From IMG/VR virus record IMGVR_UViG_3300044723_009708, positions 1 to 34,550 of that record: 34,550 nucleotides of DNA. One strand, written 5' to 3'. Source of the stretch: a virus (Duplodnaviria; Caudoviricetes). Under the pieces are notes generated by a model. The model was not told the origin of the DNA and searched no databases. It saw only the letters and a list, made by a program, of their open reading frames with translations. The translations under genes and the position numbers were made by a program. Below are positions 7,872 through 16,903 of this stretch, one piece after another (position 1 is the stretch's first letter; every line of letters begins with the position of its first letter).

Positions 7872-10800
7872 TAAGAAAGTCTTCCAAGTATTACACGAAC
7901 TCTACTCGAATCTCTTATAAGTATTCGAGGCCCTGTTCCGCTAGGTCCTGAACTACCGTCCATAAAAATAGAACTTGCAGTATTTGAATTGTCTGCGGAA
8001 ATTTGTAGCTGAGTGGCACCGATTGCATTTGCAAACAATATATCTGCATTAATTAAAGACTGACTTTGCCAAGCGGAGCCACTAAATCTAAAAGCTCTTT
8101 GTTCGTCATTATTATTTTGAACAATTGCAACAGCTCCTTGAACATATGTTCCTGTAGGAATTGTACTAGAAACAGGAGTACTAGTATTATTTTGAATTAT
8201 GTATAAGAATCCGCCAGCACCATCTGCTCCTGGAGTTCCAGCAGATCCTGGAGGCCCTTGAGGACCCGTACTACCTGCTGGTCCTGTTTGTCCCGCAGGT
8301 CCCATAGCTCCTGGTGTTCCCGGACTTCCCGGTGTACCGTCTTGTCCTGCGAGTCCAGCAGCTCCCGGCGTGCCCGGAGTGCCATCAGTACCGTCAGTAC
8401 CTGGACTACCATCAGTACCGTCAGTACCTGGACTACCGTTAGTACCTGGACTACCATCAGTACCGTCAGTACCTGGACTACCATCAGTACCGTCAGTACC
8501 TGGACTACCGTTAGTACCCGGAGGCCCCGTAAGCTGAATGTTTGGGGCTACTAATTCTATCGAGCTGGGTGAGCCTGCAGTAAATTTAAAATAATTAGTA
8601 TTATCTCCTATATAAACATTGCCAAGGCCGTCCATGTAGAAGCCTGCATCAGTGTCACTAAAGCTTGTTTTATTAGCACTGTAAATTCTACCAACTGAAT
8701 TAGTGCCGTTTCCTAGTTTTAAATTGTCGGCTACATTAAGGTTATTTGATATTGTTGTATTTGCTGCGAGCGTATCTGCGGAAAGAGTTCCGCTTACAAT
8801 TGCACTTCCATCAATAAAGTCTGTTACTTTAGAACTAAAGCTACTTGCAGCTACAGGACCACTAGAACCTGCATTATCTGTTCTGGTTCCTTGGTAAATT
8901 CGAGTTGCTGCAGTTTCTCCATGAATTAAAGTAATTTTATCGTTTGGAGAAATATGTCCATCAACAGAAGTATTAATTACTTGTTGTGCAGCGTATCGAG
9001 CTGTAGAATTTGAAAGACTGGTGCTTGCCCAGTTTGGCCCATGAGTTGTTCCTACATTTGAAAAAGAGAAACTTACACCGTCTCGAACAGCCTGATTTAC
9101 TTTTGTAAATCTTAAAAGTACTTCAGAAATTAAAGCGTCATCTGCTCTATCCTTAATTTTTACTAAAAGAGACGCTTCTGTTATTGAACTTGAAGTAAAA
9201 ATACTGGAATTTTGGGTACTTAAAGTAACTATGCCTGTACTACTAACAGAACCTGCACAATTTACTGCTGTTGAAAGTTCTATTTCGTAAGTGCCTGCGT
9301 CAGTCCCGCTAGATCTAAATTGAAAGGTGTCTGTTCCTTTTTTAACTAAAAAACCAGTTGAAAAAGTATTTCTTGTACCATCTACAATACCATTTTCATT
9401 TGCTACAAATAAGTGAAAAGTATTCTGGCCTGAACTACTATATGCGTCTTCCCCGAAACTAGCGACTAAAATTGGGCCTGTCCAGTCACTCTGTCCAATA
9501 GTAATATCACTGGTTGAAAAACTTAAAGCTTTTGTTAATTTATATGAATATTTTGCACTGGAGCTTATATTACTTTGAGTCAAAGACCAAGCATTGCTAG
9601 GATTTGTAGTGAAAGTAAATGAATCTGAACTAAAAGAATAAGTTCCAGCAGGATTGGTAGGAGGCGTAGCACTATTTGTGGTTGCAAATACCTCAACTAC
9701 AGCTTTTCCTGCTTCTCCAGCAATAGATTTAAATATTGTTTGACTTACCGTTTTTTCGTGTATATCCCCAAGTAAATCTTTACCTGTTACAGTCCATGAA
9801 ATAGTCTCATTTTGACCGGATAGTTCTCCACCACGAATTGCGTTACCAATAGAAACTACATTATTAGTAACTGAACTAACATTTCCAGCCGTTAAATTAC
9901 TGTCAGAAGTACTTACTGCAGAAATATACCATTCATTTAATCCTAAAGATGCACTGTTAGTTCCTCCAGAATTGCCGGTAGTAGTTCCTACATAGGTTCC
10001 TACGGCACTCCCAAAGAAAACTTCCATAGTTGTAGCCGTTCCAGGCACTGTGGCCCCAGTAGTAGTTCCGTCGGATCCTGCAACTATAGAGACTGTATTA
10101 TTAGGTAAGGAAATTGAAAAAGCAGGGGACCCGGGACCGAGCTTTAGTATAGGAGTACTATCTGTAGCAGAAACAACTTCAGGACTTTCATTTAAAGAGA
10201 CTTCTACTTCTACTGTTTTAAGAGAAGTAGTGCCATTATTAGGCAAAAGTCCGGTGAAAGCTAGTTGGCTACTGCTAGGGGCAGTGATTGGACCAAATTG
10301 ATTAGCAGGAATATTATTAACAGTTGAATTAGACCAATCTTTTAAAACATTGCCAGCATGATCTTTAAATCTATATTTCGCATCACTAGGAAAATTAAAT
10401 GCGTTTGCTGTAAATGTTATAGTCGAAGGATTTGGGTTGCTGTCCGAAGAATCATAAACTATACTATTATCTGAAGCTGTAATAGCAACTGTCCGTCCTT
10501 CTGTTCCCGAAGCTCCGTCTTTTATGCGAACAATGTTAAAATTTTGAACTACTGTTTTATTGGAATTATCTGGATCGTTTTTCTCTCTTACAGTAACTGT
10601 AAATACTAGGGGGGTTCCATTTCCATAAGTGACTGCTTCGCCTGTATTTGAAGAAGCTCCCGCCAATTGTTTTGTAAATACACCTGTATCTGAATTTGAA
10701 AGATTTGAAAAAGTTGTATCTGCAGTATAAACGCTGCCAATTAAAAAATCTCCTGTTACCTTTACTTCGGCATCCTCAAATCCAGAAGCAATCCCTGTAA

Positions 10801-13800
10801 GAGTTATGTCACTATAAGTACTTAAAAGATTATGAGTAGTAGGAATACCTGCTACAGTGTCAAAATTAACTGTCGCAATATTTGCGTCTAAAAATACTGT
10901 CCTAGCTCTATCAATATCCGAGTTAATAGTACAAAAAGACTCAAAGTTACCATTTCTATCTAATTTTCCAATTAAAAAGTCTCTAGTATAATCAATATCT
11001 AACTCGTCGCGGTAATGCGCATTACGAACTAATTGACCACTAATAGTACCTCCGATTGCTGTAGTTGCAGTTGCTGCACTGCTTGCCGAAGAGCTAGATA
11101 ACGCCCCTGTAGAATTTAAAATTTCAAAATAGCCGTTAGTCTGGACTGTTCCATCCGTATTGAGTACGTCATATGATACACTAACAATAGTATTTTTTTC
11201 GTGAGAAGAAAATGAACTAGCAGAGTTAAAACTGGAAGTATTCATTCCGGAAATAGTTACTGCATCCCCAACTACAAAATTGTGTCCCGGAGAAGTGTAC
11301 CGAATATTATCCCCTTGCACAGAAGCAGTAATAATACTGTTTGTTTTGTATTCAAAAGCTTTATCTATATACATAACAGTGTTGCTTTCTATATAAGAAA
11401 TTTTTGCCGCAAAACTGTCTGAAAATTTTATAACATTTGTTGGTTTATATGCTGTTAGAAAAAAAGTACTCTGCCCGACTACTTTAGAAGAATTATTATC
11501 TATAGTTACTTGACCGCTCTGAAGACTCCAATTATCTGGATTATTTGGATAGTGATTGCTTTCTCCTGTGTCTTGATTCTCAACTAGTGGTGTATTTAAG
11601 TTAAAGCGTTTTTGAGTAGCTTTTGTTTGGTCATACCAATAATCTACATTAAGGGCCCTATCAAAAGTATGATTTATTAATCGCAAGGATCTCTGAGAGT
11701 TTCTATATTTTCTTAAAAAAACATATGCCTCTTCTTTAATATCAAAAGCATTCCACCATGACTCCGCTCTATGGGCCCCTAGAATTTCGTAATTTAAACC
11801 TAAGCTACCAGTTAGGTCTAACTCTACTGCTGAGGAGTTTAAGTCATTCGGCGATAAAAAGAAAACAATAGGTTTTCCATACCTAAAGTTTTGGTTTCCT
11901 ACAGTTGTTGTTACTACAGATTTAGAACTTACTTGGCCTCCTACAAGTACCCCTATTTCTCTAGTATGGTTTCCTCCGAAATAATCTTCTATATCTACAC
12001 TTATAGATACAGGCTTAGAAACTTTGCCTTCAGAACTGAAAGAAGCCACCGTAAAAGTATATATTCCTTCAGGAACTTCTGTAAAGTCTAAAGAAGTAGC
12101 AGAAGTAGATATAGATCTTTCGTAGCCAGGAACAGTACTTGAAACTTCATACCCAACTATATTAATTGGACTATCAGGGGCTTCCCAAGTTAAAATTACT
12201 TCTTCTCCAGGAGTTTCTAGTTTAGGCGCCCGTAAAAGTCTTAGTGCTTTAGGGGGAGGCAATATATCAGATGCATTCGGAGTAGGAAATAAAGGGTCTG
12301 GTAATGAAGTAGTAAAATTTGTTTCTATAATATCAAACTTTGTGTTATAGTGCTCTACTGCTGTAATAACATATATATGTGCAGACTCTTCTACAATTGT
12401 TAAAATTTTATATTGCTTATATGAAGCTTCGGTTTCGGTTTCATCTTTTAGTGCCCAAATACTTCCTATTTTAGCAGCCGCTGCTTCATTACTTGTCAGC
12501 TCAGAAGTTGTTAAAGTGTTTCCTAAGGCTTGAGTTCCATCTTGATTTGTAGAAATTTCTTTGACTCGAGTTTCTTTAGTTTCTTCTAAATGAAGAGGGG
12601 TTCCGTCAGTATCTGAACAAGCATTTGAAACATATTTAGCATACTCGTCTTCCGTCCATGTAACTAATCCCCCATTGTCTACAAGCACAGGTTCATAGTC
12701 GTCAAGAAGGTCGTCAAACACATACCAACCAGTTATGGCAGTACCTGCAGATACAGGCCCTGCGGTAGTAAAATTAGGATGACTTTGTATTACCGTGTCT
12801 TGCTTAGTTACTACTTTATGGTCTGCTAATAGTAAAGCAATTTTATAGTCTCCTGCATTTCCTACACTTGTAGTAACGCCGTCTAAGTCCATAGCAATAT
12901 TTCTATCAAAGTCTAAAGTTGTTACCCCCGAATTGTGACTTACGTTTTTTAGTCTGCCTCCATAAGCAAACCCAAAGTCATGATTATCTTGTATGTTAAT
13001 TAAATCACCGGGAGATAAAAAAGCTGCGTTAATACTAGTTTTAAAAGAAGCTACTTCTGTTTGGTTTAAAGAAGTCCATAATTTCCATCGGCCATATCGT
13101 ATAGCTTGCCCCTCGGAAGTACAGCCAAATGCAAAAGCTTCTGATTTTACAATTTTTTGTGTGCGAACAATATTCTCTCTATCTTCTACAAATAAAGGCT
13201 CAATTTTATAATCGTTTTGGGGGTTATTCCACTTAACAACAATTTGATTAACTCTAGTTTTAGTGCCAGTATATTCAAAATTAAAATTTCCGTTCAGTAC
13301 ATTTGCTCTATTAAAATTATAAATAGCTACTGTAGGCTGGTCTATAATTGGAGTTATCTGCCCGTTCATATAATAAAGCATACCTCTAAATATAGTAGCC
13401 ATATCTTTAAGAACTTTATAAACATCTACTGCTTTTTGCAAATATAAATTTGCTGTAAATCTAGGTTCAACTCCTCCTTTTCCGTCGGATACTAACTCAT
13501 CACAATATCTGGCAATTTTATACAAAGAAAATATGTCAATATCAGTATCTCTTACGTACTCCCCTACGCCATACCTATTATTCGTTACTATATCATAAAA
13601 AACCCAAGCTGGATTATTAGTATACTTTTTATTTTCCGTCAGCTCTCCTGTAAAAAGACCTTTATATAGTCTTGCTCCTTCAGGCATAGAACCAATTTCT
13701 TCTTTTCCTATTAAAGTATGACTTGCATTTATAAGGCCAAATTCTTCCCTAGGAGTATAATTTTTAGGCACTCTAATCTTTAAACCATAACATTCATATG

Positions 13801-15526
13801 ATCTTTTAGGCATATTAGAGAATTGTCTAGTATTAAAAGTTATCTGCGAAACAGAAGTATAAGGATAATTTAATCTTTCTTTTATAGTACCAAATGCTTG
13901 AGGTATGCCCCCTGATTGAATAGCTTGAATTTTAGGCACTGTAGAGTCATCGTCTTTACCCTCAAAACTCATGGTAAGGTTATTTACCCCTCCATGCATG
14001 CTCCAAGCGTGCGCTCTTCCTGACTTTTCGTCAGTAGTATTTTCGCTTTCTGTAAGTCTAACTACTGTTAGTTTAAAAGCTCTAAAAGGTTGGTACTTCT
14101 CTAAATTTATTGTATGAGTAAAGGCCACCCCTGCTAGTTGTTTTCCTCCATGAGAAAATATAGGAGTATCTACAGCAGTAACGTTTACAGTACTATTATT
14201 TATAGTTACATTGCCTCCGCTAGCTACTCCTGTTCCTCCTTGAAAAGCAGTAACACTATTACTTCCTGAGTTTACTAACTGTGTGTGAAAGGCAGAACTA
14301 ATAGTGTCCGTTCCGTCTAAAAATCCTATATTTTCAAAATTTGAAGCACTACCAATTCCTCTGTCTAAAGATAAATGTATTACATATGCTGCAGCCGCTG
14401 CTCTCTTCTTAGCATCGTCCATATTCATTCCATAAAGACCGCTAGGGTATTTAAACAATAAATGTACGTTATCAATTGTTCCGGCATTTGCCCCTGAGTA
14501 TACAATTGATTTAGGAACTCCAGTTTGTAATTCGTTAATACCCGGCAAAGGTACTGAAGTACTTCCTACCCCTCCAGATATACTTTGTAAGGGCTGCTGG
14601 TCTTTTGTTCCCGGAGTAAATTGGTACCCCGAAGATCTAATTTTATTATTAGATTGTCCTTGCCCAGAATAAATAAGTTTTGTTATTGAAAAAGTTTTTT
14701 TCGAAAATTCGTATACTGGACCCTCTAAAGTTATGGTAGTACCTACAATACTGTCAATTTTTAAAAATTGAGAAAAACTTATTTTTAAATTGCCACGTGT
14801 TATGCCGTTGCTATCGACGTAAGTTTCTTTAATCCATTCATATCCGTCATCTAAAGTAGCAATTGCAAGTTTTATTGTAATTTGATCTCCTGTCGCGCTA
14901 AAACTTGTAACTGTTCCTGTTATAGATCTATCGCCATCTCTTGAAGAGATAACTACTAATCCATCTCCAGTAACAAGATTTGCAGATAAATTTGAAGGGA
15001 GCTCAGTAGTCTGTAAATTTGTTCTAGTGCCTGCAGGAATACTTGAAAAGTCCCCGTCTATAACTAAGTTAAAAAAACTTGTTCCAGGACTCCACGCATT
15101 GGAGCCAGTAGTAGTATCAGAACTGCTGGAAGAATTATAGAGATATGATGAGCCATTAGCGAACTCAGGACTATCTTCAACTTCAAATGCATTATGAACA
15201 AAAAGAAACCTATGCCCAGCGGTTTGATTTTCAGAGTCGGGAGCATAGTTAAAAGGAAGATTGATATATTCATTAATATTAACTATTTTGTTAGTCGTGT
15301 CCGTGGGATCTGTAGAAATAGTTTGTCCCACTACAGAACTATATCCTACTTCAGAATCATCAAATAAAACATCATTGTCTAAAAAAATGCTTCTTCCGCC
15401 CGAGACTAAACCCGCAATAGGCCCCTCTGACACTATATCAGTAACTGCTACTACTTGTTCAGTATGCCCAGAAACCGTGTTCGCATTACTGTAAGGATTA
15501 AAATTTGTAGGTATAGTAAATGTCAT
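7871..15526 (-). CDS. Central tail fibre / tip attachment protein (lambda gpJ-like), 2551 aa
   Basis: DIVSEGPIAGL, LNYPYT, GLKIRVPKNY, YTNNPAWVFYD..TNNRYGVG, EPRFTANLY, AFGCTSEGQAIRYGRW, FN3-like LTWEAP...GYEV, terminal RVILGRL; follows M-L-K-I-like genes. Confidence 0.93.
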   Translation of the reverse strand: MTFTIPTNFNPYSNANTVSGHTEQVVAVTDIVSEGPIAGLVSGGRSIFLDNDVLFDDSEVGYSSVVGQTISTDPTDTTNKIVNINEYINLPFNYAPDSENQTAGHRFLFVHNAFEVEDSPEFANGSSYLYNSSSSSDTTTGSNAWSPGTSFFNLVIDGDFSSIPAGTRTNLQTTELPSNLSANLVTGDGLVVISSRDGDRSITGTVTSFSATGDQITIKLAIATLDDGYEWIKETYVDSNGITRGNLKISFSQFLKIDSIVGTTITLEGPVYEFSKKTFSITKLIYSGQGQSNNKIRSSGYQFTPGTKDQQPLQSISGGVGSTSVPLPGINELQTGVPKSIVYSGANAGTIDNVHLLFKYPSGLYGMNMDDAKKRAAAAAYVIHLSLDRGIGSASNFENIGFLDGTDTISSAFHTQLVNSGSNSVTAFQGGTGVASGGNVTINNSTVNVTAVDTPIFSHGGKQLAGVAFTHTINLEKYQPFRAFKLTVVRLTESENTTDEKSGRAHAWSMHGGVNNLTMSFEGKDDDSTVPKIQAIQSGGIPQAFGTIKERLNYPYTSVSQITFNTRQFSNMPKRSYECYGLKIRVPKNYTPREEFGLINASHTLIGKEEIGSMPEGARLYKGLFTGELTENKKYTNNPAWVFYDIVTNNRYGVGEYVRDTDIDIFSLYKIARYCDELVSDGKGGVEPRFTANLYLQKAVDVYKVLKDMATIFRGMLYYMNGQITPIIDQPTVAIYNFNRANVLNGNFNFEYTGTKTRVNQIVVKWNNPQNDYKIEPLFVEDRENIVRTQKIVKSEAFAFGCTSEGQAIRYGRWKLWTSLNQTEVASFKTSINAAFLSPGDLINIQDNHDFGFAYGGRLKNVSHNSGVTTLDFDRNIAMDLDGVTTSVGNAGDYKIALLLADHKVVTKQDTVIQSHPNFTTAGPVSAGTAITGWYVFDDLLDDYEPVLVDNGGLVTWTEDEYAKYVSNACSDTDGTPLHLEETKETRVKEISTNQDGTQALGNTLTTSELTSNEAAAAKIGSIWALKDETETEASYKQYKILTIVEESAHIYVITAVEHYNTKFDIIETNFTTSLPDPLFPTPNASDILPPPKALRLLRAPKLETPGEEVILTWEAPDSPINIVGYEVSSTVPGYERSISTSATSLDFTEVPEGIYTFTVASFSSEGKVSKPVSISVDIEDYFGGNHTREIGVLVGGQVSSKSVVTTTVGNQNFRYGKPIVFFLSPNDLNSSAVELDLTGSLGLNYEILGAHRAESWWNAFDIKEEAYVFLRKYRNSQRSLRLINHTFDRALNVDYWYDQTKATQKRFNLNTPLVENQDTGESNHYPNNPDNWSLQSGQVTIDNNSSKVVGQSTFFLTAYKPTNVIKFSDSFAAKISYIESNTVMYIDKAFEYKTNSIITASVQGDNIRYTSPGHNFVVGDAVTISGMNTSSFNSASSFSSHEKNTIVSVSYDVLNTDGTVQTNGYFEILNSTGALSSSSASSAATATTAIGGTISGQLVRNAHYRDELDIDYTRDFLIGKLDRNGNFESFCTINSDIDRARTVFLDANIATVNFDTVAGIPTTHNLLSTYSDITLTGIASGFEDAEVKVTGDFLIGSVYTADTTFSNLSNSDTGVFTKQLAGASSNTGEAVTYGNGTPLVFTVTVREKNDPDNSNKTVVQNFNIVRIKDGASGTEGRTVAITASDNSIVYDSSDSNPNPSTITFTANAFNFPSDAKYRFKDHAGNVLKDWSNSTVNNIPANQFGPITAPSSSQLAFTGLLPNNGTTSLKTVEVEVSLNESPEVVSATDSTPILKLGPGSPAFSISLPNNTVSIVAGSDGTTTGATVPGTATTMEVFFGSAVGTYVGTTTGNSGGTNSASLGLNEWYISAVSTSDSNLTAGNVSSVTNNVVSIGNAIRGGELSGQNETISWTVTGKDLLGDIHEKTVSQTIFKSIAGEAGKAVVEVFATTNSATPPTNPAGTYSFSSDSFTFTTNPSNAWSLTQSNISSSAKYSYKLTKALSFSTSDITIGQSDWTGPILVASFGEDAYSSSGQNTFHLFVANENGIVDGTRNTFSTGFLVKKGTDTFQFRSSGTDAGTYEIELSTAVNCAGSVSSTGIVTLSTQNSSIFTSSSITEASLLVKIKDRADDALISEVLLRFTKVNQAVRDGVSFSFSNVGTTHGPNWASTSLSNSTARYAAQQVINTSVDGHISPNDKITLIHGETAATRIYQGTRTDNAGSSGPVAASSFSSKVTDFIDGSAIVSGTLSADTLAANTTISNNLNVADNLKLGNGTNSVGRIYSANKTSFSDTDAGFYMDGLGNVYIGDNTNYFKFTAGSPSSIELVAPNIQLTGPPGTNGSPGTDGTDGSPGTDGTDGSPGTNGSPGTDGTDGSPGTDGTDGTPGTPGAAGLAGQDGTPGSPGTPGAMGPAGQTGPAGSTGPQGPPGSAGTPGADGAGGFLYIIQNNTSTPVSSTIPTGTYVQGAVAIVQNNNDEQRAFRFSGSAWQSQSLINADILFANAIGATQLQISADNSNTASSIFMDGSSGPSGTGPRILIRDSSRVRVILGRLS
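8213..8527 (-). repeat. Collagen-like segment, 35 uninterrupted Gly-X-Y triplets, within the J-like protein
   Basis: GPPGTNGSPGTDGTDGSP...GPQGPPGSAGTPGADGAG read directly from the translation. Confidence 0.97.
8382..8518. repeat. Exact DNA tandem repeat, 72 nt period with a 27 nt sub-period
   Basis: The 65 nt starting ccatcagtaccgtcagtacctggacta at 8382 recur identically at 8454; the 27-mer core occurs four times. Confidence 0.95.
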
Positions 15527-16206
15527 GGTGCGTTCGATCCCTGCTCTACGGGTGAAAATTTAAAGTTAGGTGACTCAGTAGAGAACCCAAAACCCGAGGG
15601 GCTCATTCCCCCATCCCCGGTGTGAATTTGATAAGGGTTGTACCCTACATTATCCCCTATAATTTCGAACCCCATAGGCTGCCCCGGGACTCTAAGCCTG
15701 CCGTATAGTACGGGAACAGGATCTCCAGAAGCAATACTTTGAGCATTTCCATTAAAAAGGTAACTTTCATCTCCATTTTCTATTTTATCTACTGCAGGAT
15801 CTGGGGCCATCAACTCCATAAGGCCTCCGACCGCCATACTAATTCCCATTCCCATTATCATACTTCCTATCACCGGATTCCATGCGATCAGCATCGCGCC
15901 GGCTACAATTAAAATTGCACCTACAATTATTTTAGCAGCAGCTTTACTGCCTGCAGGAATATTGGATATTATAATGTCTCCCTTCCCTATTTCCATTAAA
16001 AGCTCTTCTGAGTGCTCTAATTCTTCACCACAAGCTTCAATATGTACATAGCCCCCTTCTTCATGCTTTTGTTGAAAGTAAGGTTTAAATTCAGGATAAT
16101 TTGCATCTAAACATTTAAATACTTCAGCAGTTGTTTTGCATTCAACTTGAAAATGAGGAGTAAAAACTTCCCCAAGCTCCCCTTCTAAATATACATTACG
16201 TAGCAT
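15523..16206 (-). CDS. Tail assembly protein (lambda gpI-like), 227 aa
   Basis: N-terminal VYLEGELG, central hydrophobic Gly/Ala stretch, SYLFNG...GDPVPVLYGRL; located between K-like and J-like genes. Confidence 0.9.
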   Translation of the reverse strand: MLRNVYLEGELGEVFTPHFQVECKTTAEVFKCLDANYPEFKPYFQQKHEEGGYVHIEACGEELEHSEELLMEIGKGDIIISNIPAGSKAAAKIIVGAILIVAGAMLIAWNPVIGSMIMGMGISMAVGGLMELMAPDPAVDKIENGDESYLFNGNAQSIASGDPVPVLYGRLRVPGQPMGFEIIGDNVGYNPYQIHTGDGGMSPSGFGFSTESPNFKFSPVEQGSNAP

Positions 16207-16903
16207 ATCGATATACTCTGTCTATAAACTTTATCCAAAAAGGATACAAATTTTCTCTACAAGAAAGTCGTTCCACTGCATGATGGTAAAATATGTCATT
16301 TCCTAAATATACACCACAATGGTTTGATACTTTTGAATGAACGGAAAAAGTAATTACATCATTTTCTTGTATATCTTTTATAGAAACTTCTTGACCTCCC
16401 CACTCTTTTACTATATCTGGCGAAAAATAATCTAAGTCTTTGTCAAACCAATTATCTTCAAAAGGTATTCTGGGAGGTATATTTATACTTTTAGTTTTTA
16501 AATAATCTCTCATGGCTTCAAAACAGTCTTTCTCGCCAAAAACATATTCTCTTCCATATAAGTCTGCTCTATTTTTTGTAGGATTCAAAATATTTAATTC
16601 CATTTCAGGGTAAGAAAAAATAAAAAAAGGAATGCCTAAAGTATTGCAGTTATTAATATCGTACTGGCTTGCAGTTGATAAACCGTCTGGATGATTATGT
16701 ACTATACCAATTATATCCGAAGTTATACTAATTTTTAAATACTCTTTAGAATCAAAAATAAATGTTTCTTCGGGGTTTTCTGCAACATTTCTACAAGGAA
16801 TCCAGTAATCTTTTCCTTTTTTAACTGCTAGCACTCCACAAGCTTCTCTTGGGTACTCTTCTAAAAAATGTTTTTCAATTTCAAATAAAAATTTTTCAAT
16901 CAT
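16196..16903 (-). CDS. Tail tip assembly protein (lambda gpK-like; JAB/MPN plus NlpC/P60), 235 aa
   Basis: YPREACG and HNHP...S..D JAMM motif; DCF...NHCGVY...HH NlpC/P60 motif. Confidence 0.93.
   Translation of the reverse strand: MIEKFLFEIEKHFLEEYPREACGVLAVKKGKDYWIPCRNVAENPEETFIFDSKEYLKISITSDIIGIVHNHPDGLSTASQYDINNCNTLGIPFFIFSYPEMELNILNPTKNRADLYGREYVFGEKDCFEAMRDYLKTKSINIPPRIPFEDNWFDKDLDYFSPDIVKEWGGQEVSIKDIQENDVITFSVHSKVSNHCGVYLGNDIFYHHAVERLSCRENLYPFWIKFIDRVYRYAT

Noticed and set aside
8382-8518. Repeat array as a possible CRISPR
   Set aside because: Units are contiguous without unique spacers, lie in frame within a CDS, and no cas genes are present.
8197-8554. Repetitive ORFs 8197-8484 (-) and 8258-8554 (+)
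   Set aside because: Alternative-frame readings of the collagen tandem repeat.
1-15526. Diversity-generating retroelement or invertible fibre cassette
   Set aside because: No reverse transcriptase, invertase or TR/VR-like repeat pair was seen; the fibre C-terminus is outside the window, so this cannot be fully excluded.
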